DNA of 64,000 nucleotides from Terracidiphilus sp. (GCA_035510955.1 DATKGE010000223.1:4199-68198); one strand, 5' to 3'; shown: positions 50,329 to 60,228, counted from the stretch's first letter. Numbers and translations: made by a program. Notes: a model not told the origin generated them from the letters alone.

Positions 50329-50784
50329 ATGGCGTACTTTGAGCGGGTTCGCGACGTGGTTTCGGGGCCTTTCAGCCCGGACGTGATCAAGCAACGGACG
50401 GCCAGTGGCTGGCAAATGGTTTCGATCGAATGGCGGCGCGAGTTGCCCGACTCCGAAACCCCGCCGGAGGGCGGCTTCGATGAGGACATTCCCTACGGGC
50501 TGCGCGTTTCCGACGACTGCCGGCGGCTGGAAGTTCACCCCAGGGAGCACCAGGCGCTGATGCTGATGATGGAGCTGCTCGTGCAGGACTTCAGCTACTC
50601 GGGCATCGTGAGCGATCTGAACGAGAAGGGCTTTCGCCAAAGGGACGGGCGGCCATGGAGCCGGATCGCGGTGTTCAACATGATTCCGCGGCTGATTGAG
50701 GTGGGGCCAAAGTTCTTCAACTCGGAGGAGTGGGAGAGACGACGGCTGAAGTTCTCGCGGGCGAAATCGCCAGACAGGCTGTAG
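50329..50784 (+). CDS. Stand-alone recombinase-type DNA-binding domain protein
   Basis: IPYG.R..., I..DLNEKGFR.RDGRPWS...V..mi as in the serine-recombinase RD; no catalytic domain; GGAGG RBS. Confidence 0.75.
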   Translation: MAYFERVRDVVSGPFSPDVIKQRTASGWQMVSIEWRRELPDSETPPEGGFDEDIPYGLRVSDDCRRLEVHPREHQALMLMMELLVQDFSYSGIVSDLNEKGFRQRDGRPWSRIAVFNMIPRLIEVGPKFFNSEEWERRRLKFSRAKSPDRL

Positions 50785-50834
50785 CGAATTCCCGGACAGG
50801 AGGGACAGGGGCGTCGACCTTCCCTCTGGAGCGA

Positions 50835-51031
50835 AACAGGCTGCGGAATAGCGCCCATCTTTATGCTGGATGTGCGAAGACCGTCCCTCAGGGACTGAAC
50901 AGGCTGCGGAAAAAGGGCAATGGGCGAGCAAACCGCAGGCTGAAGCCCTCATTCATGGTTGAACATTTGCGGCACGCGACTCCGACTCCGACCCAGAGGG
51001 TACCCCGGTACCCCGGTCGTGCCCTGATACT
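50835..51031 (+). repeat. Mosaic of REP-like elements (family B copy 2 with nested insert; AACAGGCTGCGGAA x2)
   Basis: 14-bp direct repeat at 50835 and 50898; caggctgaagccc...gcggcacg[cgactccgactccgacccagagggtaccccggtaccccg]gtcgtgccctgatac. Confidence 0.75.
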
Positions 51032-51058
51032 TCTTGCCTTTCCTGACGAGAGTTCGTC

Positions 51059-53119
51059 CTATTGTGTGTCGGGCAGCTTGTAAGGCTTCTGCAGCCATTG
51101 ACGTGCTTCGTTGACGGCGCCCTGGGTGTTGTCGTTGGTTTGGACGGCTTGGCGGTACTCGGCAACAGCGCGGTCGCGCTGGCCGGTGATGTCGAAGATT
51201 TTGCCCAGGGCGATGTGGCTCCAGACCTCGGTCCAGCGCGGCTCGCCATCGCCGCGGAGGGCGTCGCGATAGGAGTTGACGCTGGCCTGGAAGTTGCGCT
51301 GGGTGAAGAGCAGTTCGCCGATGCGGTAGCTGGCCAGGGAGCTTTGCGGGTTGGCTTCGAGGGCCTTCTGGTACTGGGCCAACGCGGCGGTCAAGTCGCC
51401 CTGCGCAACCATCTGCTGGCCTTTGAGAATGGCGATGCGGACCTGCAGATCGGGCGTCGACTTGAGCACCCAGTCGCCGGGGTCGATGGCGATGCGGCGG
51501 GGGCGTCCGAAGGTGTCGACCACGTATTGGGTATCCATGCCGACGACTTCGATCTTCTGGTTTTCCGTCTTGCCGTCGGTCTCGACGCGAAGGTCGACGG
51601 GCATGCGGAAGAGGTCCAGATCCTGCTGAATTTCACCGATGGTGCGGAAGCCCTTGTTGTTGCCGAGGCGATAGACGGCGTACTTGTCGGTGAAAACCGG
51701 AGCGCCGGTGCCGTCGATCCACTGGGCAAAGAAAGGGGTCAGTTCCTGCTGGCTCTGTGCTTCGGCCACTTTCTCAAAATCGGTGGTGCGGATGCCCTTG
51801 TCGGTGTACTGGCTCAGGGCGCCTTTGAGCGTGGCCAGGAAGGCCTTGTCGCCAATCTCCCAGCGCAGCATGTGGAAGATCATGGCGCCCTTGTCCAGCG
51901 TCGAGGACTGGAATTCCGGCGAAAAAGGGGTTTCGCGGCTGACACTGGAAAGAGGGATGGTGTCGTACGCCAGCGCCGAGGCGGCAATGTCCTCCATGGC
52001 GGAGTGCATGGCGCTCTTGCCGTTCTCATCCTCGACGTACATCAATTCGGCATAGCGGGCCATGCCGTTGGTGATCCAGGCGTCGTTGAGGGTGCGGGGG
52101 CTGACTTCGGAGCCCCACCACTGGTGGGCGATGGTGTTGGCCAGCAGGCGGACGCCGCTCTTGTCGCCGACGCGCGAGCCGAGGATTGCGGCCAGTTCCG
52201 GCGCCCAGACGGCGGGAAGCGTATCGTCGGGCAGCTCGACAACGTTCAGATGGGGCGTCTCCGGCAGGCCAAAATTGTCGGTGAATAAGTCGTACTCCCT
52301 GGCCGCCGCCTGCGCCAACTGGTTGGCGCTGGCCTGGTGGCTCACGGTCAGGTAGATCTTGACGTTACCGGAACCGGCCGAGATGGGCGCGACGAAGCGG
52401 CCGGCGATCACGGTGCCGGGGAAGCCCGGCTTGTCCCACTTGAAGTCGAATTCGTCGCCCGGCTTGCCGTTGGCAAGGGTGACGGACTTGGAGGCTCCCT
52501 CACTTCCGCTGGCCAGGACCCTCATGCCCTGGGGGACGCGGAAGTGGATCTCCGCGGTGAAGCGATCGGTCATGTAGCCGGAGGTGGGAAACCAGCGCGC
52601 GGGGTAGAGCAGATAGGTGATGGGCTCCTGGATAGCGGCCAGCTTGAGGCCTTCGACCGGGCCGTCCTCGTTGCCGGTGATGGTGCCCTCGTACTCGAAG
52701 GTCCAGTGGTTCCCCTGGCCCTTGACGAAGGGCGCGGCCGGGGTCACGCGGATGGTGCCGTCTGCGGAGCGCTCGCCGGTGAGCAGCTTTCCTGTGTCGT
52801 CGGTGATTTTGGTCACCTTGAGCGCCGGATGGAAGCCGAAGGGTACCAGCTCCATGGTCTCCGGAGCGGTAAAGCTGACCACCGTTCTGGCCGCCAGATG
52901 GTGCGTGGACGTGTCGATCTCGGCGTCGATTACGTAGCCGGTAATGTCCAGCGCCGGGCGCTCGGCGCGCTGGGCGGGAATCTGTGCAGCCAGTGGCCAG
53001 GCAAAAAAGAGACCCAAAGCCGCCAAACCGAAGAAGCGGGCTGGGCTGAGGTGTCTTATCGAGTCAAGCCTAAAATTCGGCCTCAAATTTCGCATGTCGG
53101 TTCGCATAGCAGTCATCAT
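51059..53119 (-). CDS. Secreted M1-aminopeptidase-like protein with C-terminal TPRs, zinc motif degenerate
   Basis: LANTIAHQWWG...DAWITNGMARY in place of HExxHQWWG...WLNEG; KGA.IFHMLR; TPR tail. Confidence 0.85.
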   Translation of the reverse strand: MMTAMRTDMRNLRPNFRLDSIRHLSPARFFGLAALGLFFAWPLAAQIPAQRAERPALDITGYVIDAEIDTSTHHLAARTVVSFTAPETMELVPFGFHPALKVTKITDDTGKLLTGERSADGTIRVTPAAPFVKGQGNHWTFEYEGTITGNEDGPVEGLKLAAIQEPITYLLYPARWFPTSGYMTDRFTAEIHFRVPQGMRVLASGSEGASKSVTLANGKPGDEFDFKWDKPGFPGTVIAGRFVAPISAGSGNVKIYLTVSHQASANQLAQAAAREYDLFTDNFGLPETPHLNVVELPDDTLPAVWAPELAAILGSRVGDKSGVRLLANTIAHQWWGSEVSPRTLNDAWITNGMARYAELMYVEDENGKSAMHSAMEDIAASALAYDTIPLSSVSRETPFSPEFQSSTLDKGAMIFHMLRWEIGDKAFLATLKGALSQYTDKGIRTTDFEKVAEAQSQQELTPFFAQWIDGTGAPVFTDKYAVYRLGNNKGFRTIGEIQQDLDLFRMPVDLRVETDGKTENQKIEVVGMDTQYVVDTFGRPRRIAIDPGDWVLKSTPDLQVRIAILKGQQMVAQGDLTAALAQYQKALEANPQSSLASYRIGELLFTQRNFQASVNSYRDALRGDGEPRWTEVWSHIALGKIFDITGQRDRAVAEYRQAVQTNDNTQGAVNEARQWLQKPYKLPDTQ

Positions 53120-53174
53120 CGTATCGCAGCCGCTCTTACGGCAAATTTAACTTTGGCCCCAACATCGGCCGAAC

Positions 53175-54476
53175 TCAGGATTGGACTCGAGATCGCACAG
53201 CAGAAGGGTCCAGCGCCGGGGAAGCGGCTTGAATCAGTTCCAGGGTAATGGCCGCCACCCGCTCGATGGCGCCTGAGTTTTCTCCGGCGCCTGCAGCTTG
53301 CCGGGAACGGAGCAAGTCCCCCACGGACCTGAGCTCCTTCATCATGGACTCGCGAGGGATACCGTCGGGTAGCAGGGGTTCGAGGTGTTCGACGATTTTT
53401 GACGCGGTGAAGGCCTTTTGAATCAACTCCGGTACGACGCGCTTGCCGGCGATGAGGTTGACCATGGCGACGTGGGGCACTGTGACGATGCGTTTGGCGA
53501 TGGCGTAGGTGAGCGGCGAGACGCGGTAGACGACGACGAAGGGGTTGCCGATGAGGGCGGCTTCGACGGTGGCTGTGCCGCTGGCGACGACTGAGGCGCG
53601 GGCGTGGTGGAGGACGGCGCGGGCATCGTCGACCAGGCAGATGGGAAGGTTGGCGGCAAAGGCGTGCACGAGGGAGTGGACCTCGGCGCGTTGCGTGGGG
53701 TTGAGGGTGGGGGCGAGGGGGATTAAGAACTGGTAGGGCGGGGCAGGGGCTAAAGCCCGGATTTGTTTTTGGGCGTTTGTGGCGTGACTGAAGTCATGTG
53801 CTGTTACAGAGCGCGCAGACAGCATCTTTGCGGCGTTGAGCATTTCGGGGAGGTTGACGCGAATCTCTTTGGGGCGGCTGCCGGGAAGCAGGCCGATCCA
53901 GGTGGCTTCGGGGTCGAGGCTGTTGGCTAGGGCAAAGTCAGCGCGCGTGATGGTGGGGAGGGGAAGGTCGGCTAGGGGATGGCCGACGAACTCCGCGTGG
54001 ACGCCGCGTTCGCGGTAGAACGGTTCCTCGAAGGGAAAGATGACCAGCATGCGATCCACGTATTCTTGCACCAGCTTGATGCGGTGTTTCTTCCACGCCC
54101 ACAATTGAGGGCTGACGAAAAAAATGACGGGAATGCCGAGCTGGTGGAGCTCCCTGGCGAGCTTGAAGTGGATGTCAGGGAAGTCGATGAGGATGGCTGC
54201 GTCTGGGCGGCGGGCGCGGATGGCCTGCTTGAGCTTGCGGGATTCGGCGTAGATACGGGGCAGGTGGCGGACGACTTCGGTGATGCCCATGACGGCCACG
54301 TCTTCAGAGCGGACGATGCGGTCGAGGCCGGCGGCGACCATGCGCTCACCGCCCATACCAAAGAAAGTGCCGGTATGGCCGGACTCGGCGAGCCGGCGTT
54401 TGAGCGCTTCAATGAGGAGGGCGCCGTAGTGCTCGCCGCTGGCCTCGCCTGCTGAGATGAAGAGGTTGGGGGACAT
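53175..54476 (-). CDS. lpxB: Lipid-A-disaccharide synthase
   Basis: ISAGEASG, ILIDFPD, SPQLWAW, FPFE, FVGHPL, LLPGSR, SGTATVE. Confidence 0.95.
   Translation of the reverse strand: MSPNLFISAGEASGEHYGALLIEALKRRLAESGHTGTFFGMGGERMVAAGLDRIVRSEDVAVMGITEVVRHLPRIYAESRKLKQAIRARRPDAAILIDFPDIHFKLARELHQLGIPVIFFVSPQLWAWKKHRIKLVQEYVDRMLVIFPFEEPFYRERGVHAEFVGHPLADLPLPTITRADFALANSLDPEATWIGLLPGSRPKEIRVNLPEMLNAAKMLSARSVTAHDFSHATNAQKQIRALAPAPPYQFLIPLAPTLNPTQRAEVHSLVHAFAANLPICLVDDARAVLHHARASVVASGTATVEAALIGNPFVVVYRVSPLTYAIAKRIVTVPHVAMVNLIAGKRVVPELIQKAFTASKIVEHLEPLLPDGIPRESMMKELRSVGDLLRSRQAAGAGENSGAIERVAAITLELIQAASPALDPSAVRSRVQS
53744..53810 (+). repeat. Family B REP copy inserted in frame within lpxB
   Basis: caggggctaaagcccgg...tttgtggcgtgactgaagtcatgtgctgttac; encodes SVTAHDFSHATNAQKQIRALAP on the minus strand. 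Confidence 0.8.
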
Positions 54477-54669
54477 GGACTTGCGCCGCCTTGGGTGTAA
54501 CGGATTCAATCATAGCGGCTTCTATGGTTAGGAAGCATGGGTGGATCTCTCAGGAGGGAGGGTTGCCCTTCACTTGAGTTGACGAATGCGTTTGCCGCTC
54601 CGCCGATGCTTCTCTAGTTCTGCTAAGCTTGAAGCGCTTTCCGGAAAAGACTTTTGAGGAGGTTTTGCG

Positions 54670-55284
54670 ATGCGCGTATTTGGGATGGCAGCTTGTTGCG
54701 TTTTGACTATGGGCACCATGGTTTCGGGCACGGCGGTTGCGGCGGCGCAGATGGGTGCGCCCGCAGCGCAGGGGCCGGCGATCGGGTCGATTTCCGCTCC
54801 GTCGGCGGCGCTGGATGCGCAGTTGAGCCTGATTGAGATGCAGATGATGGGCGCGGTGAAGGCGATGCCGGCGGAGAAGTATGGCTTTGCTCCGAGCGCG
54901 GGGATTTTTGCGGCGGCGCAGAAGACGGAGTTTGCGACGGTGCGCACGTTTGGGCAGCAGGTGGCGCACGTTGCGGAGGCCAACTACTTTTTCTTTAACA
55001 TGGTGAGCGGGCTGAAGCCGGATGTGGATGTGCAGGGAATCGAAAAGCTGACTAGCAAGGACGATGTGGTGAATGCGCTGGCTGGTTCGTTCGCCTTCGG
55101 GCACAAGGCGATTGCGACGCTGACGGCGGCGAATGCGTTTGAGGTGATCAAGTGGCCCGAGCCGGGACTGGCGACGCGCGCCACTGTGGCGAGTTTCGCC
55201 GTTGCTCATGCATTCGATCACTACGGGCAGATGGTTGAGTATCTGCGGATGAATGGGATGGTGCCGCCGGCCAGCGCCAAATAG
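54670..55284 (+). CDS. Secreted DinB-family protein
   Basis: Signal peptide, AMPAEKY.F.P, RTFGQ.V.HVA, H..DHYGQMVEYLRMNG.VPP. Confidence 0.88.
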   Translation: MRVFGMAACCVLTMGTMVSGTAVAAAQMGAPAAQGPAIGSISAPSAALDAQLSLIEMQMMGAVKAMPAEKYGFAPSAGIFAAAQKTEFATVRTFGQQVAHVAEANYFFFNMVSGLKPDVDVQGIEKLTSKDDVVNALAGSFAFGHKAIATLTAANAFEVIKWPEPGLATRATVASFAVAHAFDHYGQMVEYLRMNGMVPPASAK

Positions 55285-55297
55285 GGCGGAAATAAAT

Positions 55298-55348
55298 TAG
55301 CGAGTCAGCGCCGCTTCGCGGGCAGCAAGTCAGCAAGTCAGCGAGTCA
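55298..55348 (+). repeat. Octamer tandem repeat (AGCRAGTC)n
   Basis: agcaagtc agcaagtc agcgagtc; the same unit recurs at 57763-57815. Confidence 0.7.
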
Positions 55349-55648
55349 CCGGGCAGTTGCGGCTGTTTCGCATGAGGCTGCGAAGGGATCCTCGGGCTGG
55401 GAAAAACGGGCGGGGGTGCGAGTGTCCCTGCCCTCTCAAGGAGATGTTCCAGTGATTGTCTCTACCGAACCAACGTTCGATGGGGCGCATTGGTTAACAG
55501 CAGCGCCATAAAGAGGACGCTCGCCCTTTCTCTGACGTTCGCGGTTTAAGGCGGTTACGTCCGAAATGCAATGGCGGCGAAGGATTTGTCGAAAATTGAA
55601 GAGGGAGAGGACGGTTTCCCGGTTAAATTCGTAGCCGGAGGTCCTGCT

Positions 55649-56602
55649 ATGTGGTCCTTTCCCTCCCTCCACAAACGAGACAGGATTGAATTCTGGTTTA
55701 TACAAGTTGCGATTCTGCTGATTGCAGGCGGGCTGGTTGCCGCGCTTGCAGACGCACAGGATGCGACAAACGCGGCGACGCCGGAGCCGAGCCCGCCACC
55801 GGCTGCCATTTTCCGGAATCGCATCCCCCCGGATCAGCTCGCGTTCCTGAACGATTATGCAGGCAAGACGGCAAGAGAGATTCAAAAGGACAAGCGCTTC
55901 CGCAATCTGATGAAGCTGGCCATTCCGCGCACTGAGTACTACTACGGGCGCGATATGCCACTGTCGGAAACGGTGGAGACGCTGCTCGACGGCGATCCTC
56001 TCCCGATCGACATTCGCGACGGGCGCTATGCCATGGTGGCCAGCCACGGCGGCCCGTACCTGAGCGGCCGTGGATTTCTGTGGTTCGACATGCACGACGG
56101 AATTGCGCTGGGCGGAGTGTATTTTCATCCCGTCAACGGCGAGCCCACGCCAACGCTGGCCATCTTCTCGCGGCAATTGACGGAAACGGCGCTCTCCATG
56201 AGCCAGCTTCCGGTTGCGTTTCAGCAGGATCTGGCGCAGTGGGTTCTGGTTGCGGGGCCGCGCCTGGTTTCGCCGCGCTACTTCATTCCGGAGAACGGCA
56301 AGAAGTATGTCCTGGTGCATGACGAAGACTATTGCGCGTATCAGAGCGGAGCGCCTCCGCCGCCGCAGGACCAGTGCCAGGAGATGAATGCGGAAGCCGC
56401 GGATGCGGATGTGAACGCGGCCTACTTCATGCAGGAGATGCACAACGCCGCGAACGCGACGGCATGGATGCTGGGGCCGGACCAGGTGGCGTGGATCGGG
56501 GTGCGCAACCAGAGCTGCGGGGTGGGACCGGTGGGGCTGCCTTGCCGCATGCGGATCACGCGGCAGCGGACGCGGGTGCTGCTGGGACCGCGGCGGAATT
56601 AG
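55649..56602 (+). CDS. Secreted/membrane-anchored hypothetical protein
   Basis: GGAGG RBS before ATG 55649; hydrophobic N-terminus; C-terminal Q.AW...RN..C......C....tR.R segment resembles LprI/DUF1311. Confidence 0.75.
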   Translation: MWSFPSLHKRDRIEFWFIQVAILLIAGGLVAALADAQDATNAATPEPSPPPAAIFRNRIPPDQLAFLNDYAGKTAREIQKDKRFRNLMKLAIPRTEYYYGRDMPLSETVETLLDGDPLPIDIRDGRYAMVASHGGPYLSGRGFLWFDMHDGIALGGVYFHPVNGEPTPTLAIFSRQLTETALSMSQLPVAFQQDLAQWVLVAGPRLVSPRYFIPENGKKYVLVHDEDYCAYQSGAPPPPQDQCQEMNAEAADADVNAAYFMQEMHNAANATAWMLGPDQVAWIGVRNQSCGVGPVGLPCRMRITRQRTRVLLGPRRN

Positions 56603-57657
56603 GCTTTTCTTCGTGCGCGGACGGCGGCGGCTAGTTCGGTGAGCAACGTGTGCGTTTCGGACCAGTCGATGCAGCCGTCGGTGATGCTTTGGCCGTAGAC
56701 CAGGGGCTGGCCGGGGACGAGGCTCTGCGCGCCGGCTACGAGATTGCTCTCCATCATGACGCCCATGATGCGCTTGTTGCCGGCGGCGATCTGCGCGGCG
56801 ACATCGTGGCAGACTACGGCCTGGCGGCGGTAGTCCTTGCTGGAGTTGGCGTGGCTGAAGTCAATCATGATGCGCGGCTGCACGCCCGACTCTTCCATTT
56901 TGGCTGCGGTCGAGGCTACGGAGTCGGCGGTGTAGTTGACGGTTTTGCGGCCGCCGCGCAGGATGATGTGGCACTCGGGATTTCCCGTAGTCACGAAGAT
57001 GGCGGACTGGCCGAACTTGCTATGGCCGAGAAAGGTGTGCGACTCGGCGGCGGACTGAATGGCGTCGATGGCTACCTGCACGTCTCCCGATGTGGCGTTC
57101 TTGAAGCCGACGGGGCAACTGATGCCTGAAACCAGCTGGCGATGGACCTGGCTCTCGGTGGTGCGTGCGCCGATGGCTCCCCAGCTGACGAGGCCGGCGA
57201 TGTATTGCGGCGAGATCATGTCGAGGAACTCGGTGCCCGTGGGGACGCCCATTTCGGCGAGGTCGAGAAGCAGGTGGCGCGCGAGGCGGAGGCCGTCGTT
57301 GATCTTGTAGGACTGATCGAGATGGGGATCGTTGATGAGGCCCTTCCAGCCGACGGTGGTGCGGGGCTTCTCGAAGTAGACGCGCATGACGATGCGCAGA
57401 TCCTTGTGGAACTCCTTGATGGCGGACTTGAGGAGCGCGGCGTATTCGCGGGCGGCGACGGTGTCGTGGATGGAGCAGGGGCCGGCGAGGACCAGCAGGC
57501 GCGAGTCGCGGCGGTTCAGGATGGCGGAAATATCGGTGCGGGCGTTGAAGACGGTGGCTGTGGAGTTTTCGGTGGCGGGAAGGTCTTCTTCAAGAAAGAC
57601 AGGGGGAAGGACGACTTTGGTCCATTGGATGCGGAGGTCTTCAATCTTCGGCGGCAT
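56599..57657 (-). CDS. aroG: DAHP synthase class I-alpha
   Basis: GPCSIHD, MRVYFEKPRTTVGWKGLINDP, AIGARTTESQVHR, DFSHANS, SITDGC. Confidence 0.95.
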   Translation of the reverse strand: MPPKIEDLRIQWTKVVLPPVFLEEDLPATENSTATVFNARTDISAILNRRDSRLLVLAGPCSIHDTVAAREYAALLKSAIKEFHKDLRIVMRVYFEKPRTTVGWKGLINDPHLDQSYKINDGLRLARHLLLDLAEMGVPTGTEFLDMISPQYIAGLVSWGAIGARTTESQVHRQLVSGISCPVGFKNATSGDVQVAIDAIQSAAESHTFLGHSKFGQSAIFVTTGNPECHIILRGGRKTVNYTADSVASTAAKMEESGVQPRIMIDFSHANSSKDYRRQAVVCHDVAAQIAAGNKRIMGVMMESNLVAGAQSLVPGQPLVYGQSITDGCIDWSETHTLLTELAAAVRARRKA

Positions 57658-57762
57658 GCGGCATTTCCTTGCGGGATTTGGGGCTTCGTACGTGTCGTAC
57701 CTGATGAGGATGCAGTTCCGGCGGATGAGATCGACACATGTAATTCGATTTTATCGTGTGGC

Positions 57763-57815
57763 TCAGCAAGTCAGCCACGCCTGCGCGGGGTTAGCGAGTC
57801 AGCAAGTCAGCAAGT
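57763..57815 (+). repeat. Octamer tandem repeat (AGCRAGTC)n
   Basis: cagcaagtcagc...tagcgagtcagcaagtcagcaagt. Confidence 0.7.
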
Positions 57816-57871
57816 GCGCGGGTGGGTGCGATTGGTGCGGGTTTCACACGCGAATGAAGCTGGTGGATAAC

Positions 57872-58849
57872 TCACGGTGTGAAGCGCTTCTCGCCGGCTT
57901 CGGTGGGGATGGGCAGGCGGTTCTTGATCGGCGGCAGCGGGCAACTGGCGTAGGTGGTGTAGGCGCAGGCGGAGTTCTCCAGGCGGTTGAAGTCCAGAAT
58001 CAGTTTGCCAGGCTTGTCGAGGCCGTGATCGGGAAACGGCGCGTGGAGATAGCGGCCGCCGGGATAGGTGGTCAGCTTGCCGGTTTGATCGCTGATGATG
58101 AAGAGCAGGGTTTTCGAATCGGGAGTTTCGAGCACCGGCTCGAGGGTGAACTTCCGGTCGCCCAGCGTGAACTCTGCGAGGCCGGGCGCGGGGAGATCGA
58201 GCGTGGTGCCGATGACGGTGGGAATCTTTTCGATGTGCGGCGGCGTGTAGGGAGTCCACGAGGCCTCGACGCTGAACTGCGGATTGGGAGCGAACCAGTT
58301 GAGGCCGCGAAAGGCTTTGCGCGTGGGGGAATCGGCGTCCTCTATACGGAGCGCGTATCGGCCGCTGCGGTCGAGCACCATCATGGAGAGCCCGTGCCAG
58401 CGGATGACGGAGGGTCTTGCGCCGACCGCCAAAGGGCCTTCGCGGGCGGGCTGGCCGTTGATATCGAGATCGTGCGGAAAGCCGCCCAGTGGCGCCAGCA
58501 ACTGGACCGTCTTGCCGCTGACGGTGAACATGCCAATGTGTTCCGGGGCCTGGGCATGCACGTGAATCTGGTTGTCGGCTGCGGCGCCCACGGAGTTGGC
58601 GCCGGGCTTGAGCCACTCCATGCCGACGAGGGTGAGCCAGCCGCCGGGCGCGTCAATCTGTTTCTCCCGCATGGCGCGCCATGTGCCCAGGTCCTGCAGC
58701 CATTCCGATTCGGCAGAGGTGACCGCGGCCTGCGCGGCAACGGGACGAGCTACGAGCGAGCTGCCGCCGGCCAGGAAAATCGCGGCAGTCAATGCCGGCA
58801 ATCGTGCCGACCGCTTACGCTCGACCCATCGACCCATCATGGATTGCAA
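57872..58849 (-). CDS. DUF1684 family secreted protein
   Basis: GWLTLVG..WL..G.N, D.T....TY.GGRYL, LDFNR..N..CAYT.YA.CPLPP..NRL. Confidence 0.9.
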   Translation of the reverse strand: MQSMMGRWVERKRSARLPALTAAIFLAGGSSLVARPVAAQAAVTSAESEWLQDLGTWRAMREKQIDAPGGWLTLVGMEWLKPGANSVGAAADNQIHVHAQAPEHIGMFTVSGKTVQLLAPLGGFPHDLDINGQPAREGPLAVGARPSVIRWHGLSMMVLDRSGRYALRIEDADSPTRKAFRGLNWFAPNPQFSVEASWTPYTPPHIEKIPTVIGTTLDLPAPGLAEFTLGDRKFTLEPVLETPDSKTLLFIISDQTGKLTTYPGGRYLHAPFPDHGLDKPGKLILDFNRLENSACAYTTYASCPLPPIKNRLPIPTEAGEKRFTP

Positions 58850-59097
58850 CTCCTCTGTGCGGCATTCGGCCGATCATTCCCCTAACCGGCGCGGACGTTT
58901 GCGGGTCAAACCTGCAGCACTTCATACAGGCGGCGTTCAGGCAGGCGTTGGCTGGTGTGCAATCAAGCTGCCCTGTAGTGGCCTCATCGGGCAAGGGGTC
59001 AATGTTGCCCGTCCTGCTGCTAAAGTCGCTTTTATCATTATGACTCCGCCGGGTGCAGAGAATGGACTTCCAGCGGGATTCCAGTGCAGGTTCCACG

Positions 59098-60228
59098 ATG
59101 GTGAATCGCTTGCTCAGTTCGCGCTTCAGTTTTCTCGCTCTTCTGCTTTTTCTTCCGGCGTTGACGAGATCGCAGACAACGCCCGCGTCGTCGCCGGAGC
59201 CGGACAACCCGACGCTTGTGCTCCGGCCGCCGGCAAAAGCGTCCCGGCTGCCCAGCCCGATTTCCCCGGAAGGGCGCATCCATCTTGATGTTCTCGTTTC
59301 CGATGCCGGTGGCAAGCCTGTGATCGGTTTGCAGCCGATGGACTTTACGATTCTGGACGACAACCAGCGGCGCAAGCTTCTTTCCTTCCGCTCCTACGAC
59401 GGAGTCAACGTCAAGCCCGACCCGCCGGTCGAAGTCATCCTGCTGGTCGATACGGTCAACCTCCCCTTTCAGCAGACATCGTTTATCCACCAAGAAATTG
59501 CGCGATTCCTGCGCCAGAACAACGGGCACCTTGCGCAGCCGGTTTCGCTGATGCTGCTCACCGAGGCCGGGCTGCGGATACAGCCGCGGCCATCGGTGGA
59601 CGGCAACGCGCTGCTCACCGTCCTCGACCAGATCAAGGGAAGCGTTCACGGCATAACCTCCGCCATGGGTGCGGAGGGCGATCTGCAGCGCTTTCAGTTG
59701 TCGCTGCGGCAGATGGCGGCAGTTGCGGAGAATGAGGCCCGGAGACCGGGGAGAAAGCTGCTCATCTGGGTGGGGCCGGGTTGGCCAATGCTGAACAGCC
59801 CGAATTTTTCATTTTCCGACAAGGATCAGCGGCGCTACTTCGATGCCATTGTCGAGCTCTCCACGCTGGTGCGCGAGGCGCGGATGGCCCTTTACAGCGT
59901 TGCTCCGGCAAATTCTGTTATGGGCGCGGGCACTCGGGATCTCTTGTACAAGGATTTTCTGAAAGGCGTGACCTCTGCGCGGAAGGCGGATACCGGCAAC
60001 CTGGCCTTGAAGGTGCTGGCGCTGCAGAGTGGCGGGCGCATTCTGGGTCCGGATAACGACATTGCCGGCCAGATCGATAGCTGCATTTCCGATGCCAATG
60101 CCTTCTATACGCTCACCTTCAATCCTCCGCCGGCGGAACACGCGGACGAATATCACGATCTGAAGGTGACGGCGAGCCAGCCGGGGCTGACGGTTCGCAC
60201 CAACAGCGGCTACTACAATCAGCCGTGA
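59098..60228 (+). CDS. VWFA-related (Acidobacteria-type) secreted protein
   Basis: I.LDV.V.D..GKPV.GL...DFTILDDN, PGRKLLIW.GPGWP, FYTLTF.PP, R.GYY.QP. Confidence 0.88.
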   Translation: MVNRLLSSRFSFLALLLFLPALTRSQTTPASSPEPDNPTLVLRPPAKASRLPSPISPEGRIHLDVLVSDAGGKPVIGLQPMDFTILDDNQRRKLLSFRSYDGVNVKPDPPVEVILLVDTVNLPFQQTSFIHQEIARFLRQNNGHLAQPVSLMLLTEAGLRIQPRPSVDGNALLTVLDQIKGSVHGITSAMGAEGDLQRFQLSLRQMAAVAENEARRPGRKLLIWVGPGWPMLNSPNFSFSDKDQRRYFDAIVELSTLVREARMALYSVAPANSVMGAGTRDLLYKDFLKGVTSARKADTGNLALKVLALQSGGRILGPDNDIAGQIDSCISDANAFYTLTFNPPPAEHADEYHDLKVTASQPGLTVRTNSGYYNQP

